From assembly GCA_963583595.1 (NCBI GenBank), contig CAUZWC010000001.1, positions 1 to 61,139 of the forward strand: a DNA stretch of 61,139 bases. Direction: 5' to 3'. Source of the stretch: Alphaproteobacteria bacterium (GTDB lineage Bacteria > Pseudomonadota > Alphaproteobacteria > CADEGL01). Numbering within the stretch: the first letter of the stretch is position 1; every line of letters begins with the position of its first letter. Shown here in pieces: positions 56,608 to 61,139 of the stretch. The translations under genes were made by a program, and so were the position numbers. Under the pieces are notes generated by a model, which worked only from the letters and a program-made list of their open reading frames with translations, had not been told where the DNA came from and searched no databases.

Positions 56608-57384
56608 CTAACTCGCTTCCGCTTCCTCGGCGCGCAGTTCCGCCGTCACCGAATCCAGGGTCCGGCCCAGCCGGGCCAGGTCCTGTGGCCGGCTCAGCCG
56701 GTGATTGCCATCCTTGATCAGGGTGACGGCGACATTGGCGCCGTCGATCCGCTCGCAGATCTCCAGCGCCGTGCGCCAGACCACGTCGGGATCCTCCATG
56801 CCCTGCAGCAGGCGGACCGGCCCGGCGAAGGGGAAGGGCGCGGTCATGACCATCTGATTGGGGCCGTCCTCGAACAGGGCGCGGCCCAGCGGCAGGCCCT
56901 CCTCGGAATAGTCCGAGGGCGCACGCCAGACGCCGTCGCGCATGATCGCCTCGCGGGCCTCCTCGGGCAGCCGGTCCCACATGCGCGATGTGAAATCCGG
57001 GGCGGCGGCGATACCGACCAGGGCCGCGACCCGCTCCGGCAGGGCGCGGGCCGCCAGCATCATGATCCAGCCCCCCATGCTGGAGCCGACCAGGATCTGC
57101 GGTCCCTCGGTCAGGGCCTCGATGGCAGCGATGGCGTCGCTGGCCCAGAGACCGATCGACCCCTCCTCGAAGGCGCTGCTCGATTGGCCGTGGCCGCGAT
57201 AGTCGAAGCGCAGGAAGGCCTGGCCCTGGCGCCGGCAATGGGTTTCCAGCGCCATCGCCTTGGTGCCCGTCATATCCGAGGCGAAGCCGCCCAGGAAGAC
57301 GACGCCCGGCCCTTTGCCGGCCAGGCGGTGGTAAGCGATTGAGGCACCATCCGCGCGTGTTAGTATCTCGAGCTTATCGTTCAT
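56608..57384 (-). CDS. Alpha/beta hydrolase
   Basis: 258 aa with nucleophile elbow GSSMGGW and HG oxyanion region VVFLGGF. Confidence 0.8.
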   Translation of the reverse strand: MNDKLEILTRADGASIAYHRLAGKGPGVVFLGGFASDMTGTKAMALETHCRRQGQAFLRFDYRGHGQSSSAFEEGSIGLWASDAIAAIEALTEGPQILVGSSMGGWIMMLAARALPERVAALVGIAAAPDFTSRMWDRLPEEAREAIMRDGVWRAPSDYSEEGLPLGRALFEDGPNQMVMTAPFPFAGPVRLLQGMEDPDVVWRTALEICERIDGANVAVTLIKDGNHRLSRPQDLARLGRTLDSVTAELRAEEAEAS

Positions 57385-57395
57385 GGTCGGGTTGA

Positions 57396-58619
57396 ATGAC
57401 TCCTGAAACTGGAATTGCCGACGATGCCCAGTCTAGCACCGCGGCGGGCGCTGACGAACGCGGTCGCCGGCCCTTTGGGCCGACCGTTCTGCAGGTCGTC
57501 CCCGCCCTCGAACAGGGCGGGTTGGAGCGTGGTACGGTCGAGATCGCGGCGGCCGTGATCGCGGCCGGCGGCACGGCGCTGGTCGCTTCCTCGGGCGGCC
57601 GCATGGTGCACGGTCTGACGCGCATGGGCGCGCGCCATATCGAACTGCCGGTCCACCGCAAATCGCCCATCGCCATCCGCCGCAACGCCGACTGCTTGGC
57701 CGATCTGATCCGCGAGGCCGGGGTCGATATCATCCATGCCCGAAGCCGCGCGCCGGCCTGGGCTGCCTCGATGGCGGCCGAGCGCACGGGGTGTCGCTTC
57801 GTCACGACGGTCCACGGCCCCTATTCCGCCGGCGGCCTTAAGAAACGATACAACGCGGTGATGACGCGCGGCGCGCGGGTGATCGCGATCTCGGAATTCA
57901 TCGCCGACTATCTCCAATCGAATTATGGGGTCGGCCGGCCGCCGATACAGGTGATCCACCGCGGCGTGGATATCGAGGTCTTCGATCCCGAGAAGGTGCC
58001 GGCGGCGCGCATGATCCAACTCGCCGAGAACTGGCGTCTGCCCGATGACGAGCCGGTCATCCTGATGCCCGGCCGTCTGACCCGCTGGAAGGGCCAGACC
58101 GTGCTGATCGAGGCGATCGCGCGGCTGGGGCGGCGCGATCTGCGCTGTGTCCTCGTCGGCTCCGACCAGGGGCGCACGGCCTATCGGCGCGAGTTGGAGC
58201 GGTTGGCCCGCCAGCACGGTGTGGAGGGTATTGTTCAATTCGTCGAGGATTGTCGCGACATGCCTGCCGCATACATGTTGGCCGATGTCGTGGTCAACGC
58301 CTCGACGGATCCCGAGGGCTTCGGGCGGGTGGTGATCGAGGCCCAGGCCATGGGACGGCCGGTGATCGGCACCAATCACGGCGGCGCGCGAGAAACCATC
58401 GAGCCGGGCCAGACCGGCTGGTTGGTGCCGCCCGGCGATCCGGCCGCTCTGGCCGATGCCCTGGCCGACGCCCTGGCCCTGACCGCCACGGCGCGCTCCT
58501 TCATGGCCTGGAAGCAGACCGACATGATCCGGTCTCATTTCACCGTCCAGCGCATGTGCGAGGAGACCCTGGCCCTCTATGACGAGGTGCTGAGCCTGCC
58601 CGCCGCCCGGGTGGCATGA
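57396..58619 (+). CDS. Glycosyltransferase family 4 (GT-B, group 1)
   Basis: C-terminal EGFGRVVIEAQAMGRPVIGTNHGGARETI motif (EX7E type). Confidence 0.85.
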   Translation: MTPETGIADDAQSSTAAGADERGRRPFGPTVLQVVPALEQGGLERGTVEIAAAVIAAGGTALVASSGGRMVHGLTRMGARHIELPVHRKSPIAIRRNADCLADLIREAGVDIIHARSRAPAWAASMAAERTGCRFVTTVHGPYSAGGLKKRYNAVMTRGARVIAISEFIADYLQSNYGVGRPPIQVIHRGVDIEVFDPEKVPAARMIQLAENWRLPDDEPVILMPGRLTRWKGQTVLIEAIARLGRRDLRCVLVGSDQGRTAYRRELERLARQHGVEGIVQFVEDCRDMPAAYMLADVVVNASTDPEGFGRVVIEAQAMGRPVIGTNHGGARETIEPGQTGWLVPPGDPAALADALADALALTATARSFMAWKQTDMIRSHFTVQRMCEETLALYDEVLSLPAARVA

Positions 58620-59605
58620 CGGAGGACATGACAGCGGGCGCCGGGGTGGGCCGGACGGACAAGGCGCCCGCGGCCGGCCGTATCCTCGTCGTCAAGCTCG
58701 GCGCGCTGGGCGATTTCATCCAGGCCTTCGGCCCCGCCGCTTCCATCCGCAACCACCACCCGGCCGCCGAAATCACCCTTCTGACCACCGCGCCCTTCGC
58801 CGATCTGGGCCGCGCCGCGCCCTGGTTCGACCGGGTTTGGATCGACGAGCGGCCGTCCTGGCGCCGGCCCGGCGCCTGGCTCGCCCTGCGCCGCCGCCTG
58901 CGCGGCGCGGGCTTCTCGCGGGTCTACGACCTGCAGACCTCGGACCGTAGCGCCTTCTATTTTTGCCTGCTCGGCCCGGGCCGACGGCCGGAATGGTCGG
59001 GCATCGCACCCGGCTGCTCGCATCCCCATGCTAATCCCGCGCGGGATTCCATGCACACGATAGTCCGCCAGGCCGAGCAGCTCGCCATGGCCGGGATCGC
59101 CGGAATCCCGCCGCCCGATCTCGGCTGGCTCGATGCCGATATCGCCGAATTCGCGCTCGGCGCCGCGCCCTTCGTCCTGCTCGTGCCCGGCGGCGCGGCC
59201 CATCGCCCGGACAAGCGCTGGCCGGCCGAAAGCTATGGCGCCCTGGCCGCCATTCTGGCGGGGCGCGGCTTGCGCGCGGTGGTTCTGGGCACGGCTGCCG
59301 AACGGTCGCTGGCCCAGGCGATCGGCTGGGCCGCGCCGGATGTCCTGGACCTGACCGGGCGCACCGGCCTGGCCCAGATCGCCGCCCTCGGCCGTCTCGC
59401 CGCCGGCGCGGTCGGCAACGACACCGGCCCCATGCATCTTCTCGCCGCGGTCGGCTGTCCGCTCACGGCGCTCTTTTCTGATGCCTCGGACCCCGCGCTC
59501 TGCGCGCCGGGCGGGCCGGTGCCGGAAGCCATCGCCGTCTTGCGCGAGGCGCCGCTCTCCGGGCTCGATTCGGCGACGGTGGCGGCGGCCCTTCGCCTGC
59601 GCTAA
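58616..59605 (+). CDS. Glycosyltransferase family 9 (heptosyltransferase-like)
   Basis: RILVVKLGALGDFIQAFGPAASIR... and GNDTGPMHLLAAVGCP motifs. ATGA overlap with the GT4 gene. Confidence 0.85.
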   Translation: MTEDMTAGAGVGRTDKAPAAGRILVVKLGALGDFIQAFGPAASIRNHHPAAEITLLTTAPFADLGRAAPWFDRVWIDERPSWRRPGAWLALRRRLRGAGFSRVYDLQTSDRSAFYFCLLGPGRRPEWSGIAPGCSHPHANPARDSMHTIVRQAEQLAMAGIAGIPPPDLGWLDADIAEFALGAAPFVLLVPGGAAHRPDKRWPAESYGALAAILAGRGLRAVVLGTAAERSLAQAIGWAAPDVLDLTGRTGLAQIAALGRLAAGAVGNDTGPMHLLAAVGCPLTALFSDASDPALCAPGGPVPEAIAVLREAPLSGLDSATVAAALRLR

Positions 59606-59650
59606 CCATGACCCGGCGCATTCGGGTCCGGCGTGCTTTCCGGCGCTTCC

Positions 59651-59678
59651 TTGACAGGGGCCACCATGACCGTAGATT
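59651..59678 (+). promoter_or_regulatory. Candidate sigma70 promoter for thrS
   Basis: TTGACA-N16-TAGATT, 34 nt upstream of the thrS ATG. Motif match only. Confidence 0.5.
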
Positions 59679-59711
59679 CCGCGCCGCACACTGCAACAGA
59701 AAGACGGGACG

Positions 59712-61139
59712 ATGACGAACGCTGAACCGGAGGACGCCCAGGATGTCCGGATCACGCTGCCCGATGGCAGCGCGCGCGGCTATGCGCGGCCGGTGACCGG
59801 CGCCACCGTGGCCGCGTCCATCGGCCCGGGCCTGGCCAAGGCCGCCCTGGCCATCGTGGTCGATGGCGAGCTGCGCGACCTCAACCGCGAGATCGAGGGC
59901 GATGCCGCGATCAGCATCGTCACGGCCAAGGATTCCGAAGGCCTCGAACTGCTGCGCCATGACGCGGCCCATGTTCTGGCCGAGGCGGTGAAGGAGCTGG
60001 AGCCCGAGACCCAGGTCACGATCGGCCCGGTGATCGAGAACGGCTTCTTCTACGACTTCGCTCGGGCCGAGCCCTTCACGCCGGACGATCTGGAGCGGAT
60101 CGAGGCGCGGATGCGCGAGATCGTCGCGCGCGACGAGGCGATCGTGCGCGAGGTCTGGGACCGCGACGAGGCGATCGCCTATTTCGAATCGATCGGCGAG
60201 GCCTACAAGGCAGAGATCATTGCCGACCTGCCGGAAGACGAGGTCATCACGGTCTATCGCCAGGGCGAATTTCTCGACCTCTGCCGCGGCCCCCATCTGC
60301 CCTCGACGGGCAAGCTGGGCACGGCTTTCAAGCTGCTCAAGATCGCCGGGGCCTATTGGCGCGGCGATTCGCGCAATCCCATGCTGCAGCGGGTCTACGG
60401 CACCTGCTGGTCGGACGCCAAGGCGCTCGAGGCCTATCTTCATCGTCTGGAAGAGGCGGAGAAGCGCGATCATCGGCGCCTGGGGCGCGAGATGGGCCTC
60501 TACCATTTCCAGGAGGAGGCCGCCGGCTCGATCTTCTGGCACGACAAGGGTTGGACGCTCTACCGCACGATCGAGAACTATATGCGCGGCCGTCTCCAGG
60601 CGGCCGGCTATTCCGAGGTCAAGACGCCCCAGCTCGTCGACCGCGTGCTGTGGGAAGAATCGGGCCATTGGGAGAAGTTCCGCGAGCATATGTTCACGAC
60701 GGCGACGGACGAGGACCGCATCCTCGCCCTCAAGCCGATGAACTGCCCCTGCCATGTCCAGATCTTCAAGCAGGGCATCAAGAGCTACCGCGACCTGCCG
60801 CACCGCATGGCCGAGTTCGGCTCCTGCCATCGCAACGAGCCCTCGGGGGCGCTGCACGGGCTGATGCGCGTGCGCGCCTTCGTTCAGGACGATGCCCATA
60901 TCTTCTGCACCGAGGACCAGGTCGAAGACGAGACGAAAATCTTCTGCGATCTCCTCGCCAGCATCTACAAGGATCTCGGCTTCGAGGACTTCATCATCAA
61001 ATTCGCCGATCGGCCGCCGGTGCGCGCCGGTACGGATGAGACCTGGGACAAGGCCGAGGCCTCTCTGCGCGACGCTCTCGAATCCACGGGCCGGCCTTAT
61101 GTGATGAATCCGGGCGAGGGTGCCTTCTACGGGCCCAAG
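59712..61139 (+). CDS. thrS: Threonine--tRNA ligase (3' end beyond the window)
   Basis: My own translation from ATG 59712 gives a TGS domain ([27 protein letters not shown]), an editing domain ([13 protein letters not shown]...[12 protein letters not shown]) and class II motifs ([31 protein letters not shown]-type). The frame is open to the window end. It is absent from the ORF track because there is no stop. Confidence 0.93.
   Translation, partial: MTNAEPEDAQDVRITLPDGSARGYARPVTGATVAASIGPGLAKAALAIVVDGELRDLNREIEGDAAISIVTAKDSEGLELLRHDAAHVLAEAVKELEPETQVTIGPVIENGFFYDFARAEPFTPDDLERIEARMREIVARDEAIVREVWDRDEAIAYFESIGEAYKAEIIADLPEDEVITVYRQGEFLDLCRGPHLPSTGKLGTAFKLLKIAGAYWRGDSRNPMLQRVYGTCWSDAKALEAYLHRLEEAEKRDHRRLGREMGLYHFQEEAAGSIFWHDKGWTLYRTIENYMRGRLQAAGYSEVKTPQLVDRVLWEESGHWEKFREHMFTTATDEDRILALKPMNCPCHVQIFKQGIKSYRDLPHRMAEFGSCHRNEPSGALHGLMRVRAFVQDDAHIFCTEDQVEDETKIFCDLLASIYKDLGFEDFIIKFADRPPVRAGTDETWDKAEASLRDALESTGRPYVMNPGEGAFYGPK

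Noticed and set aside
56528-56611. 27-codon hydrophobic ORF (MARLVNRIGGGALIGAGLMTALIRRGA) between the cupin and hydrolase genes.
   Set aside because: The Shine-Dalgarno-like GGAGGG abuts the ATG with about 1 nt spacing. The ORF is tiny, overlaps the convergent hydrolase stop and has no recognisable family, so the evidence is insufficient.

Overview
High-GC alphaproteobacterial chromosomal segment. GC was judged by eye and from the many long antisense ORFs, not computed. The gene order, including gltD placed before gltB, suggests a Rhodospirillales-like organism, but that is inference only. Most of the window is conserved core genome with classical alphaproteobacterial synteny: MscS-type channel, MFS, pckA | chvI-chvG-hprK-rapZ-EIIA(Man) | ahcY | tsaE-amgK-murU-addB-addA | trxA | folC-accD-trpA-trpB-trpF-pyrF-lapA-ihfB-rpsA-cmk-aroA | tRNA-Ala | hsp20-DUF1150 | ptsN-hpf-rpoN-lptB-lptA-lptC-kdsD | rnd-tRNA-Leu | uppP | gltD-gltB | gst | LPS-type glycosyltransferases | thrS (3' partial). 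I saw no mobile elements, CRISPR arrays, integrases or recognisable defence or toxin systems. The most unusual signals are signs of decay in the PTS-type regulatory branch. Only a 12-codon stub remains where the HPr gene is expected, and it is fused to a frameshifted C-terminal fragment of Enzyme I. The neighbouring HprK carries non-conservative changes in two signature motifs. The other notable items are: (1) a frameshifted HugZ/DUF2470-like gene between pckA and chvI; (2) a small orphan module next to tRNA-Ala made of two tandem TauD/TfdA-family dioxygenase paralogues plus a divergent class-IV aminotransferase; (3) a small Cys-rich ORF with an out-of-frame signal-peptide-like ORF upstream; (4) a TPR gene with no stop codon that reads antisense through the convergent gst. 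I cannot point to a clearly novel multi-gene system, and every functional interpretation needs database or wet-lab confirmation.
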